Shown here: positions 1-12,400 of the stretch, piece after piece
How the letters are laid out: each line of letters starts with the position of its first letter
Position numbering within the stretch: the stretch's first letter is position 1
From: the human T2T-CHM13v2.0 reference genome, Homo sapiens
NCBI RefSeq assembly: GCF_009914755.1
Contig: NC_060947.1
Length of the DNA: 64,000 bases
Reading direction: 5' to 3' (one strand)
The notes under the pieces: model-generated
Told to the model about the DNA's origin: nothing
What the model saw: the letters and a program-made list of their open reading frames with translations, nothing else
Databases searched by the model: none
Made by a program: the position numbers and the translations under genes

Positions 1-149
1 CTACAAAGTGGTCAAAATATACACTTGCAGATTCTACTACAAGGGTGTTGCAAACCTGAACTATCAAAGGAAGGTTCAACTCTGTGAGTTGAATACAAAC
101 ATCACAAAGAATGTTCTGAGTTTGCTTCCGTTCAGTTATGGGAAGTTGA

Positions 150-166
150 TCCCGTTTCCAACGAAA
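150..166 (-). promoter_or_regulatory. CENP-B box, intact (same offset in every HOR; mutated in copy 10)
   Basis: tcccgtttccaacgaaa is the reverse complement of TTTCGTTGGAAACGGGA, matching the canonical YTTCGTTGGAARCGGGA. Confidence 0.95.
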
Positions 167-660
167 TCCTCAGAGAGGTCCAAATATCCCCTCGCAGATT
201 CTACAAAACGTGTGTTTGGAAACTGCTCCATCATAACGAATGTTCAGCTCCCTGAGTTAAACTCCATCGTCACAAAGAATTTTCTGAGAGTGCTACCGTC
301 TGGTTTTTATATGAAGTTCTTTCCTTCACTACCACAGGCCTCAAAGCGGTCCAAATCTCCACTTGCAGATTCTACAAAAAGAGTGTTTGCAAACTGCTCT
401 ATCAAAAGGAATGTTCAACTCTGGGAGTTGAATGCAATCATCACAGAGCAGTTTCTGAGAATGCTTCTATGTCGTTTTTAGGAGAAGATATTTCCTTTTC
501 CAACACAGTCCTCCAAGCCCGCTAAATAGCCACTTGCACATTGTAGAAAAAGTGTGTCAAAGCTGCGCTATCAAAGGGAAAGTTCAACTCTGTGAGGTGA
601 ATGCAAACATCCCAAAGAAGTTTCTGAGAATGCTTCCGTTTAGCTTTTAGGTGAAGATTA

Positions 661-677
661 TCCCGTTTCCAACGAAA
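661..677 (-). promoter_or_regulatory. CENP-B box, intact (recurs in every HOR)
   Basis: tcccgtttccaacgaaa, canonical match on the minus strand. Confidence 0.95.
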
Positions 678-706
678 CCTTCAAAGAGGTCCAAATATCC
701 CCTTGC

Positions 707-712
707 GGATCC
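707..712. other. BamHI site, one per HOR (classical 2.0-kb DXZ1 marker)
   Basis: ggatcc within ccttgcggatcccacag, seen at this offset in each complete copy inspected. Confidence 0.85.
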
Positions 713-832
713 CACAGAAAGAGTGTTTCGAAACTGCTGTTTCAAAAGGAATCTTCAACTCTGTGAGTTGAATGCAATCATCACAAAGAAGTTTCTGACA
801 ATGCTTCTCTCTCGTCTTTCTGTGAAGATAAA

Positions 833-873
833 GGAAAAGGCTTTCAGGCCTTTTCCACCACAGGCCTGAAAGC
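833..873. repeat. Two overlapping perfect inverted repeats at the 15-bp insertion of the 186-bp monomer
   Basis: ggaaaaggc (833-841) pairs with gccttttcc (848-856). gctttcaggcct (840-851) pairs with aggcctgaaagc (862-873). Confidence 0.9.
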
Positions 874-1017
874 GCTCCAAATGTCCACTTGCAGATTCTG
901 CCAAAAGAATATTTCAAAACTGCTCTATGAAAAGCAATGTTAAACTCTGCGGCTCGAACACAAACATCACAAAGCGGTTTCTGAGAATGCTTCAGTTTAG
1001 TTTTTCTGTGGAAATAT

Positions 1018-1034
1018 TCCCGTTTCCAAAGAAA
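1018..1034 (-). other. Degenerate CENP-B box (fixed across copies)
   Basis: tcccgtttccaaagaaa: the core TTCG reads TTCT on the minus strand; predicted non-binding. Confidence 0.8.
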
Positions 1035-1188
1035 TCTTCAAAGAGGTCCACGTATCCACTTACAGATTCTACAAAAAGACAGTTTCAAAACTGCTCCATC
1101 AAAAGGAGGGTTCAACCGTGTGACTTGAATGCAATCATCACTCAGAAGTTTCTGAGAATGCTTCTCTTTAGTTTTTACGTGAACATAT

Positions 1189-1205
1189 ACCCGTTTCGAA
1201 CGAAG
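1189..1205 (-). promoter_or_regulatory. Variant CENP-B box retaining the 9 core bases (recurs; mutated in copy 15)
   Basis: acccgtttcgaacgaag; reverse complement CTTCGTTCGAAACGGGT fits nTTCGnnnnAnnCGGGn. Confidence 0.85.
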
Positions 1206-1697
1206 GCCACCCAGTGGTCCAAATATCCACTTGCAGATTATACAGAAAGAGTGTTTCGAACCTGAACTCTCAAAGGCAGGTTCATCTCTGCGAGTTAAAT
1301 GCATTCATCATGAAGAACTTTCTCAGAGTGTTTGTGTTTAGTTATGGGAAATTATTCCCGTTTCCAAAGAAATCCTCAGAGAGCTCCAAATATCCACCTG
1401 CAGATTCTACCAAAAGTGTATTTGGAAACTGCTCCATCAAAAGGCATGTTCAGCTCTGTGAGTGAAACTCCATCATCACAAAGAATATTCTGAGAATGCT
1501 TCCGTTTGCCTTTTATATGAAGTTCCTTCCTGTACTACCGTAGGCCTCAAAGCAGTCCAAATCTCCATTTGCAGATTCTACAAAAAGAGTGATTCCAATC
1601 TGCTCTATCAATAGGATTGTTCAACTCCATGAGTTGAATGCCATCCTCACAAAGCAGTTTCTGAGAATGCTTCTATCTGGTTTTTGTGTGAAGATAT

Positions 1698-1714
1698 TTC
1701 CTTTTCCACCACAG
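1698..1714 (-). other. A-box / pJ-alpha-like motif of an A-type monomer (related motifs at 321, 492, 847, 1527)
   Basis: ttccttttccaccacag; reverse complement CTGTGGTGGAAAAGGAA resembles the pJ-alpha box, which occupies the CENP-B box position in A-type monomers. Confidence 0.7.
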
Positions 1715-1868
1715 GCCTCAAAGCCCTCCAAACGTCCACTTGCAGATTCTCGAAAAAGAGTGTTTCATAGCTGCTCTTTCAAAAGGAAAGTTCAACTCTG
1801 GGAGTTGAATACAAACATCACAAAATAGTTTCCGAGAATGCTTCTGTTTAGTTTTTATGTGAAGATGA

Positions 1869-1885
1869 TCCCGTTTCCAGTGAAA
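1869..1885 (-). other. Degenerate CENP-B box (fixed across copies)
   Basis: tcccgtttccagtgaaa: the core TTCG reads TTCA. Confidence 0.8.
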
Positions 1886-2039
1886 TCTTCAAAGAGGTCC
1901 ACATATCCCCTTGCAGATTCCAAAGAAAGAGGGTTTCAAAACTGCTCCATCAGAAGGATTGTTCAACTCTGTGAGTTGAATGCAGTCATCGCAGAAAACT
2001 TTCTGAGAATGCTTCTGTCTAGGTTTGATGTGAAGATAT

Positions 2040-2056
2040 AGACGTTTCAAACGAAG
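2040..2056 (-). other. Degenerate CENP-B box (degenerate in all copies)
   Basis: agacgtttcaaacgaag: the core CGGG reads CGTC. Confidence 0.75.
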
Positions 2057-3412
2057 GCTACAAAGTGGTCAAAATATACACTTGCAGATTCTACTACAAG
2101 GGTGTTGCAAACCTGAACTATCAAAGGAAGGTTCAACTCTGTGAGTTGAATACAAACATCACAAAGAATGTTCTGAGTTTGCTTCCGTTCAGTTATGGGA
2201 AGTTGATCCCGTTTCCAACGAAATCCTCAGAGAGGTCCAAATATCCCCTCACAGATTCTACAAAACGTGTGTTTGGAAACTGCTCCATCATAACGAATGT
2301 TCAGCTCCCTGAGTTAAACTCCATCGTCACAAAGAATTTTCTGAGAGTGCTACCGTCTGGTTTTTATATGAAGTTCTTTCCTTCACTACCACAGGCCTCA
2401 AAGCGGTCCAAATCTCCACTTGCAGATTCTACAAAAAGAGTGTTTGCAAACTGCTCTATCAAAAGGAATGTTCAACTCTGGGAGTTGAATGCAATCATCA
2501 CAGAGCAGTTTCTGAGAATGCTTCTATGTCGTTTTTAGGAGAAGATATTTCCTTTTCCAACACAGTCCTCCAAGCCCGCTAAATAGCCACTTGCACATTG
2601 TAGAAAAAGTGTGTCAAAGCTGCGCTATCAAAGGGAAAGTTCAACTCTGTGAGGTGAATGCAAACATCCCAAAGAAGTTTCTGAGAATGCTTCCGTTTAG
2701 CTTTTAGGTGAAGATTATCCCGTTTCCAACGAAACCTTCAAAGAGGTCCAAATATCCCCTTGCGGATCCCACAGAAAGAGTGTTTCGAAACTGCTGTTTC
2801 AAAAGGAATCTTCAACTCTGTGAGTTGAATGCAATCATCACAAAGAAGTTTCTGACAATGCTTCTCTCTCGTCTTTCTGTGAAGATAAAGGAAAAGGCTT
2901 TCAGGCCTTTTCCACCACAGGCCTGAAAGCGCTCCAAATGTCCACTTGCAGATTCTGCCAAAAGAATATTTCAAAACTGCTCTATGAAAAGCAATGTTAA
3001 ACTCTGCGGCTCGAACACAAACATCACAAAGCGGTTTCTGAGAATGCTTCAGTTTAGTTTTTCTGTGGAAATATTCCCGTTTCCAAAGAAATCTTCAAAG
3101 AGGTCCACGTATCCACTTACAGATTCTACAAAAAGACAGTTTCAAAACTGCTCCATCAAAAGGAGGGTTCAACTGTGTGACTTGAATGCAATCATCACTC
3201 AGAAGTTTCTGAGAATGCTTCTCTTTAGTTTTTACGTGAACATATACCCGTTTCGAACGAAGGCCACCCAGTGGTCCAAATATCCACTTGCAGATTCTAC
3301 AGAAAGAGTGTTTCGAACCTGAACTCTCAAAGGCAGGTTCATCTCTGCGAGTTAAATGCATTCATCATGAAGAACTTTCTCAGCGTGTTTGTGTTTAGTT
3401 ATGGGAAATTAT

Positions 3413-3429
3413 TCCCGTTTCCAACGAAA
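3413..3429 (-). promoter_or_regulatory. CENP-B box, intact (HOR offset 1356; shown in copy 2 because copy 1 is mutated)
   Basis: tcccgtttccaacgaaa, canonical match. This gives four core-intact boxes per typical HOR. Confidence 0.92.
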
Positions 3430-6400
3430 TCCTCATAGAGCTCCAAATATCCACCTGCAGATTCTACCAAAAGTGTATTTGGAAACTGCTCCATCAAAAG
3501 GCATGTTCAGCTCTATGAGTGAAACTCCATCATCACAAAGAATATTCTGAGAATGCTTCCGTTTGCCTTTTATATGAAGTTCCTTCCTATACGACCGTAG
3601 GCCTCAAAGCAGTCCAAATCTCCATTTGCAGATTCTACAAAAAGAGTGATTCCAATCTGCTCTATCAATAGGATTGTTCAACTCCATGAGTTGAATGCCA
3701 TCCTCACAAAGTCGTTTCTGAGAATGCTTCTATCTAGTTTTTATGTGAAGATATTTCCTTTTCCACCACAGGCCTCAAAGCCCTCCAAACGTCCACTTGC
3801 AGATTCTCGAAAAAGAGTGTTTCATAGCTGCTCTTTCAAAAGGAAAGTTCAACTCTGGCAGTTGAATACAAACATCACAAAGTAGTTTCCGAGAATGCTT
3901 CTGTTTAGTTTTTATGTGAAGATGATCCCGTTTCCAGTGAAATCTTCAAAGAGGTCCACATATCCCCTTGCAGATTCCAAAGAAAGAGGGTTTCAAAACT
4001 GCTCCATCAGAAGGATTGTTCAACTGTGTGAGTTGAATGCAGTCATCGCAGAAAACTTTCTGAGAATGCTTCTGTCTAGGTTTGATGTGAAGATATAGAC
4101 GTTTCAAACGAAGGCTACAAAGTGGTCAAAATATACACTTGCAGATTCTACTACAAGGGTGTTGCAAACCTGAACTATCAAAGGAAGGTTCAACTCTGTG
4201 AGTTGAATACAAACATCACAAAGAATGTTCTGAGTTTGCTTCCGTTCAGTTATGGGAAGTTGATCCCGTTTCCAACGAAATCCTCAGAGAGGTCCAAATA
4301 TCCCCTTGCAGATTCTACAAAACGTGTGTTTGGAAACTGCTCCATCATAACGAATGTTCAGCTCCCTGAGTTAAACTCCATCGTCACAAAGAATTTTCTG
4401 AGAGTGCTACCGTCTGGTTTTTATATGAAGTTCTTTCCTTCACTACCACAGGCCTCAAAGCGGTCCAAATCTCCACTTGCAGATTCTACAAAAAGAGTGT
4501 TTGCAAACTGCTCTATCAAAAGGAATGTTCAACTCTGGGAGTTGAATGCAATCATCACAGAGCAGTTTCTGAGAATGCTTCTATGTCGTTTTTAGGAGAA
4601 GATATTTCCTTTTCCAACACAGTCCTCCAAGTCCGCTAAATAGCCACTTGCACATTGTAGAAAAAGTGTGTCAAAGCTGCGCTATCAAAGGGAAAGTTCA
4701 ACTCTGTGAGGTGAATGCAAACATCCCAAAGAAGTTTCTGAGAATGCTTCCGTTTAGCTTTTAGGTGAAGATTATCCCGTTTCCAACGAAACCTTCAAAG
4801 AGGTCCAAATATCCCCTTGCGGATCCCACAGAAAGAGTGTTTCGAAACTGCTGTTTCAAAAGGAATCTTCAACTCTGTGAGTTGAATGCAATCATCACAA
4901 AGAAGTTTCTGACAATGCTTCTCTCTCGTCTTTCTGTGAAGATAAAGGAAAAGGCTTTCAGGCCTTTGCAACCACAGGCCTGAAAGCGCTCCAAATGTCC
5001 ACTTGCAGATTCTGCGAAAAGAATATTTCAAAACTGCTCTATGAAAAGCAATGTTAAACTCTGTGGCTCGAACACAAACATCACCAAGCAGTTTCTGAGA
5101 ATGCTTCAGTTTAGTTTTTCTGTGGAAATATTCCCGTTTCCAAAGAAATCTTCAAAGAGGTCCACGCATCCACTTACAGATTCTACAAAAAGACAGTTTC
5201 AAAACTGCTCCATCAAAAGGAGGGTTCAACTGTGTGACTTGAATGCAATCATCACTCAGAAGTTTCTGAGAATGCTTCTCTTTAGTTTTTACGTGAACAT
5301 ATACCCGTTTCGAACGAAGGCCACCCAGTGGTCCAAATATCCACTTGCAGATTATACAGAAAGAGTGTTTCGAACCTGAACTCTCAAAGGCAGGTTCATC
5401 TCTGCGAGTTAAATGCATTCATCATGAAGAACTTTCTCAGAGTGTTTGTGTTTAGTTATGGGAAATTATTCCCGTTTCCAACGAAATCCTCTGAGAGCTC
5501 CAAATATCCACCTGCAGATTCTACCAAAAGTGTATTTGGAAACTGCTCCATCAAAAGGCATGTTCAGCTCTGTGAGTGAAACTCCATCATCACAAAGAAT
5601 ATTCTGAGAATGCTTCCGTTTGCCTTTTATATGAAGTTCCTTCCTGTACTACCGTAGGCCTCAAAGCAGTCCAAATCTCCATTTGCAGATTCTATAAAAA
5701 GAGTGATTCCAATCTGCTCTATCAATAGGATTGTTCAACTCCATGATTTGAATGCCATCCTCACAAAGCAGTTTCTGAGAATGCTTCTATCTGGTTTTTG
5801 TGTGAAGATATTTCCTTTTCCACCACAGGCCTCAAAGCCCTCCAAACGTCCACTTGCAGATTCTCGAAAAAGAGTGTTTCATAGCTGCTCTTTCAAAAGG
5901 AAAGTTCAACTCAGGGAGTTGAATGCAAACATCACAAAATAGTTTCCGAGAATGCTTCTGTTTAGTTTTTATGTGAAGATGATCCCGTTTCCAGTGAAAT
6001 CTTCAAAGAGGTCCACATATCCCCTTGCAGATTCCAAAGAAAGAGGGTTTCAAAACTGCTCCATCAGAAGGATTGTTCAACTCTGTGAGTTGAATGCAGT
6101 CATCGCAGAAAACTTTCTGAGAATGCTTCTGTCTAGGTTTGATGTGAAGATATAGACGTTTCAAACGAAGGCTACAAAGTGGTCAAAATATACACTTGCA
6201 GATTCTACTACAAGGGTGTTGCAAACCTGAACTATCAAAGGAAGGTTCAACTCTGTGAGTTGAATACAAACATCACAAAGAATGTTCTGAGTTTGCTTCC
6301 GTTCAGTTATGGGAAGTTGATCCCGTTTCCAACGAAATCCTCAGAGAGGTCCAAATATCCCCTCGCAGATTCTACAAAACGTGTGTTTGGAAACTGCTCC

Positions 6401-9400
6401 ATCATAACGAATGTTCAGCTCCCTGAGTTAAACTCCATCGTCACAAAGAATTTTCTGAGAGTGCTACCGTCTGGTTTTTATATGAAGTTCTTTCCTTCAC
6501 TACCACAGGCCTCAAAGCGGTCCAAATCTCCACTTGCAGATTCTACAAAAAGAGTGTTTGCAAACTGCTCTATCAAAAGGAATGTTCAACTCTGGGAGTT
6601 GAATGCAATCATCACAGAGCAGTTTCTGAGAATGCTTCTATGTCGTTTTTAGGAGAAGATATTTCCTTTTCCAACACAGTCCTCCAAGCCCGCTAAATAG
6701 CCACTTGCACATTGTAGAAAAAGTGTGTCAAAGCTGCGCTATCAAAGGGAAAGTTCAACTCTGTGAGGTGAATGCAAACATCCCAAAGAAGTTTCTGAGA
6801 ATGCTTCCGTTTAGCTTTTAGGTGAAGATTATCCCGTTTCCAACGAAACCTTCAAAGAGGTCCAAATATCCCCTTGCGGATCCCACAGAAAGAGTGTTTC
6901 GAAACTGCTGTTTCAAAAGGAATCTTCAACTCTGTGAGTTGAATGCAATCATCACAAAGAAGTTTCTGACAATGCTTCTCTCTCGTCTTTCTGTGAAGAT
7001 AAAGGAAAAGGCTTTCAGGCCTTTTCCACCACAGGCCTGAAAGCGCTCCAAATGTCCACTTGCAGATTCTGCGAAAAGAATATTTCAAAACTGCTCTATG
7101 AAAAGCAATGTTAAACTCTGTGGCTCGAACACAAACATCACAAAGCGGTTTCTGAGAATGCTTCAGTTTAGTTTTTCTGTGGAAATATTCCCGTTTCCAA
7201 AGAAATCTTCAAAGAGGTCCACGTATCCACTTACAGATTCTACAAAAAGACAGTTTCAAAACTGCTCCATCAAAAGGAGGGTTCAACCGTGTGACTTGAA
7301 TGCAATCATCACTCAGAAGTTTCTGAGAATGCTTCTCTTTAGTTTTTACGTGAACATATACCCGTTTCGAACGAAGGCCACCCAGTGGTCCAAATATCCA
7401 CTTGCAGATTATACAGAAAGAGTGTTTCGAACCTGAACTCTCAAAGGCAGGTTCATCTCTGCGAGTTAAATGCATTCATCATGAAGAACTTTCTCAGAGT
7501 GTTTGTGTTTAGTTATGGGAAATTATTCCCGTTTCCAACGAAATCCTCAGAGAGCTCCAAATATCCACCTGCAGATTCTACCAAAAGTGTATTTGGAAAC
7601 TGCTCCATCAAAAGGCATGTTCAGCTCTGTGAGTGAAACTCCATCATCACAAAGAATATTCTGAGAATGCTTCCGTTTGCCTTTTATATGAAGTTCCTTC
7701 CTGTACTACCGTAGGCCTCAAAGCAGTCCAAATCTCCATTTGCAGATTCTACAAAAAGAGTGATTCCAATCTGCTCTATCAATAGGATTGTTCAACTCCA
7801 TGAGTTGAATGCCATCCTCACAAAGTCGTTTCTGAGAATGCTTCTATCTGGTTTTTGTGTGAAGATATTTCCTTTTCCACCACAGGCCTCAAAGCCCTCC
7901 AAACGTCCACTTGCAGATTCTCGAAAAAGAGTGTTTCATAGCTGCTCTTTCAAAAGGAAAGTTCAACTCTGGGAGTTGAATACAAACATCACAAAATAGT
8001 TTCCGAGAATGCTTCTGTTTAGTTTTTATGTGAAGATGATCCCGTTTCCAGTGAAATCTTCAAAGAGGTCCACATATCCCCTTGCAGATTCCAAAGAAAG
8101 AGGGTTTCAAAACTGCTCCATCAGAAGGATTGTTCAACTCTGTGAGTTGAATGCAGTCATCGCAGAAAACTTTCTGAGAATGCTTCTGTCTAGGTTTGAT
8201 GTGAAGATATAGACGTTTCAAACGAAGGCTACAAAGTGGTCAAAATATACACTTGCAGATTCTACTACAAGGGTGTTGCAAACCTGAACTATCAAAGGAA
8301 GGTTCAACTCTGTGAGTTGAATACAAACATCACAAAGAATGTTCTGAGTTTGCTTCCGTTCAGTTATGGGAAGTTGATCCCGTTTCCAACGAAATCCTCA
8401 GAGAGGTCCAAATATCCCCTCACAGATTCTACAAAACGTGTGTTTGGAAACTGCTCCATCATAACGAATGTTCAGCTCCCTGAGTTAAACTCCATCGTCA
8501 CAAAGAATTTTCTGAGAGTGCTACCGTCTGGTTTTTATATGAAGTTCTTTCCTTCACTACCACAGGCCTCAAAGCGGTCCAAATCTCCACTTGCAGATTC
8601 TACAAAAAGAGTGTTTGCAAACTGCTCTATCAAAAGGAATGTTCAACTCTGGGAGTTGAATGCAATCATCACAGAGCAGTTTCTGAGAATGCTTCTATGT
8701 CGTTTTTAGGAGAAGATATTTCCTTTTCCAACACAGTCCCCCAAGCCCGCTAAATAGCCACTTGCACATTGTAGAAAAAGTGTGTCAAAGCTGCGCTATC
8801 AAAGGGAAAGTTCAACTCTGTGAGGTGAATGCAAACATCCCAAAGAAGTTTCTGAGAATGCTTCCGTTTAGCTTTTAGGTGAAGATTATCCCGTTTCCAA
8901 CGAAACCTTCAAAGAGGTCCAAATATCCCCTTGCGGATCCCACAGAAAGAGTGTTTCGAAACTGCTGTTTCAAAAGGAATCTTCAACTCTGTGAGTTGAA
9001 TGCAATCATCACAAAGAAGTTTCTGACAATGCTTCTCTCTCGTCTTTCTGTGAAGATAAAGGAAAAGGCTTTCAGGCCTTTTCCACCACAGGCCTGAAAG
9101 CGCTCCAAATGTCCACTTGCAGATTCTGCGAAAAGAATATTTCAAAACTGCTCTATGAAAAGCAATGTTAAACTCTGTGGCTGGAACACAAACATCACAA
9201 AGCGGTTTCTGAGAATGCTTCAGTTTAGTTTTTCTGTGGAAATATTCCCGTTTCCAAAGAAATCTTCAAAGAGGTCCACGTATCCACTTACAGATTCTAC
9301 AAAAAGACAGTTTCAAAACTGCTCCATCAAAAGGAGGGTTCAACTGTGTGACTTCAATGCAATCATCACTCAGAAGTTTCTGAGAATGCTTCTCTTTAGT

Positions 9401-12400
9401 TTTTACGTGAACATATACCCGTTTCGAACGAAGGCCACCCAGTGGTCCAAATATCCACTTGCAGATTATACAGAAAGAGTGTTTCGAACCTGAACTCTCA
9501 AAGGCAGGTTCATCTCTGCGAGTTAAATGCATTCATCATGAAGAACTTTCTCAGCGTGTTTGTGTTTAGTTATGGGAAATTATTCCCGTTTCCAACGAAA
9601 TCCTCAAAGAGCTCCAAATATCCACCTGCAGATTCTACCAAAAGTGTATTTGGAAACTGCTCCATCAAAAGGCATGTTCAGCTCTGTGAGTGAAACTCCA
9701 TCATCACAAAGAATATTCTGAGAATGCTTCCGTTTGCCTTTTATATGAAGTTCCTTCCTATACGACCGTAGGCCTCAAAGCAGTCCAAATCTCCATTTGC
9801 AGATTCTACAAAAAGAGTGATTCCAATCTGCTCTATCAATAGGATTGTTCAACTCCATGAGTTGAATGCCATCCTCACAAAGTAGTTTCTGAGAATGCTT
9901 CTATCTAGTTTTTATGTGAAGATATTTCCTTTTCCACCACAGGCCTCAAAGCCCTCCAAACGTCCACTTGCAGATTCTCGAAAAAGAGTGTTTCATAGCT
10001 GCTCTTTCAAAAGGAAAGTTCAACTCTGGCAGTTGAATACAAACATCACAAAGTAGTTTCCGAGAATGCTTCTGTTTAGTTTTTATGTGAAGATGATCCC
10101 GTTTCCAGTGAAATCTTCAAAGAGGTCCACATATCCCCTTGCAGATTCCAAAGAAAGAGGGTTTCAAAACTGCTCCATCAGAAGGATTGTTCAACTGTGT
10201 GAGTTGAATGCAGTCATCGCAGAAAACTTTCTGAGAATGCTTCTGTCTAGGTTTGATGTGAAGATATAGACGTTTCAAACGAAGGCTACAAAGTGGTCAA
10301 AATATACACTTGCAGATTCTACTACAAGGGTGTTGCAAACCTGAACTATCAAAGGAAGGTTCAACTCTGTGAGTTGAATACAAACATCACAAAGAATGTT
10401 CTGAGTTTGCTTCCGTTCAGTTATGGGAAGTTGATCCCGTTTCCAACGAAATCCTCAGAGAGGTCCAAATATCCCCTTGCAGATTCTACAAAACGTGTGT
10501 TTGGAAACTGCTCCATCATAACGAATGTTCAGCTCCCTGAGTTAAACTCCATCGTCACAAAGAATTTTCTGAGAGTGCTACCGTCTGGTTTTTATATGAA
10601 GTTCTTTCCTTCACTACCACAGGCCTCAAAGCGGTCCAAATCTCCACTTGCAGATTCTACAAAAAGAGTGTTTGCAAACTGCTCTATCAAAAGGAATGTT
10701 CAACTCTGGGAGTTGAATGCAATCATCACAGAGCAGTTTCTGAGAATGCTTCTATGTCGTTTTTAGGAGAAGATATTTCCTTTTCCAACACAGTCCTCCA
10801 AGTCCGCTAAATAGCCACTTGCACATTGTAGAAAAAGTGTGTCAAAGCTGCGCTATCAAAGGGAAAGTTCAACTCTGTGAGGTGAATGCAAACATCCCAA
10901 AGAAGTTTCTGAGAATGCTTCCGTTTAGCTTTTAGGTGAAGATTATCCCGTTTCCAACGAAACCTTCAAAGAGGTCCAAATATCCCCTTGCGGATCCCAC
11001 AGAAAGAGTGTTTCGAAACTGCTGTTTCAAAAGAAATCTTCAACTCTGTGAGTTGAATGCAATCATCACAAAGAAGTTTCTGACAATGCTTCTCTCTCGT
11101 CTTTCTGTGAAGATAAAGGAAAAGGCTTTCAGGCCTTTGCAACCACAGGCCTGAAAGCGCTCCAAATGTCCACTTGCAGATTCTGCGAAAAGAATATTTC
11201 AAAACTGCTCTATGAAAAGCAATGTTAAACTCTGTGGCTCGAACACAAACATCACAAAGCAGTTTCTGAGAATGCTTCAGTTTAGTTTTTCTGTGGAAAT
11301 ATTCCCGTTTCCAAAGAAATCTTCAAAGAGGTCCACGCATCCACTTACAGATTCTACAAAAAGACAGTTTCAAAACTGCTCCATCAAAAGGAGGGTTCAA
11401 CTGTGTGACTTGAATGCAATCATCACTCAGAAGTTTCTGAGAATGCTTCTCTTTAGTTTTTACGTGAACATATACCCGTTTCGAACGAAGGCCACCCAGT
11501 GGTCCAAATATCCACTTGCAGATTATACAGAAAGAGTGTTTCGAACCTGAACTCTCAAAGGCAGGTTCATCTCTGCGAGTTAAATGCATTCATCATGAAG
11601 AACTTTCTCAGAGTGTTTGTGTTTAGTTATGGGAAATTATTCCCGTTTCCAACGAAATCCTCAGAGAGCTCCAAATATCCACCTGCAGATTCTACCAAAA
11701 GTGTATTTGGAAACTGCTCCATCAAAAGGCATGTTCAGCTCTGTGAGTGAAACTCCATCATCACAAAGAATATTCTGAGAATGCTTCCGTTTGCCTTTTA
11801 TATGAAGTTCCTTCCTGTACTACCGTAGGCCTCAAAGCAGTCCAAATCTCCATTTGCAGATTCTATAAAAAGAGTGATTCCAATCTGCTCTATCAATAGG
11901 ATTGTTCAACTCCATGATTTGAATGCCATCCTCACAAAGTAGTTTCTGAGAATGCTTCTATCTGGTTTTTGTGTGAAGATATTTCCTTTTCCACCACAGG
12001 CCTCAAAGCCCTCCAAACGTCCACTTGCAGATTCTCGAAAAAGAGTGTTTCATAGCTGCTCTTTCAAAAGGAAAGTTCAACTCTGGGAGTTGAATGCAAA
12101 CATCACAAAATAGTTTCCGAGAATGCTTCTGTTTAGTTATTATGTGAAGATGATCCCGTTTCCAGTGAAATCTTCAAAGAGGTCCACATATCCCCTTGCA
12201 GATTCCAAAGAAAGAGGGTTTCAAAACTGCTCCATCAGAAGGATTGTTCAACTCTGTGAGTTGAATGCAGTCATCGCAGAAAACTTTCTGAGAATGCTTC
12301 TGTCTAGGTTTGATGTGAAGATATAGACGTTTCAAACGAAGGCTACAAAGTGGTCAAAATATACACTTGCAGATTCTACTACAAGGGTGTTGCAAACGTG

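Larger units (their letters stand above)
1..2057 (-). repeat. One representative HOR unit: 12 divergent monomers
   Basis: The homologous 17-bp A/B-box position recurs at 150, 321, 492, 661, 847, 1018, 1189, 1356, 1527, 1698, 1869, 2040 and next at 2207. Spacings are 171,171,169,186,171,171,167,171,171,171,171,167, which sum to 2,057. Confidence 0.95.

Noticed and set aside
8-481. 157-aa ORF repeated in most HORs, and all other ORFs in the track
   Set aside because: Chance open frames in satellite DNA. Many start at GTG, translations simply echo the 171-bp monomer, no domain is recognisable, and stops appear freely in some copies (e.g. 18 and 30). Their conservation reflects array homogenisation.
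840-873. Rho-independent terminator or pre-miRNA at the hairpin
   Set aside because: Eukaryotic satellite context, no U-tract after the stem, no upstream gene, and too short for a pre-miRNA.
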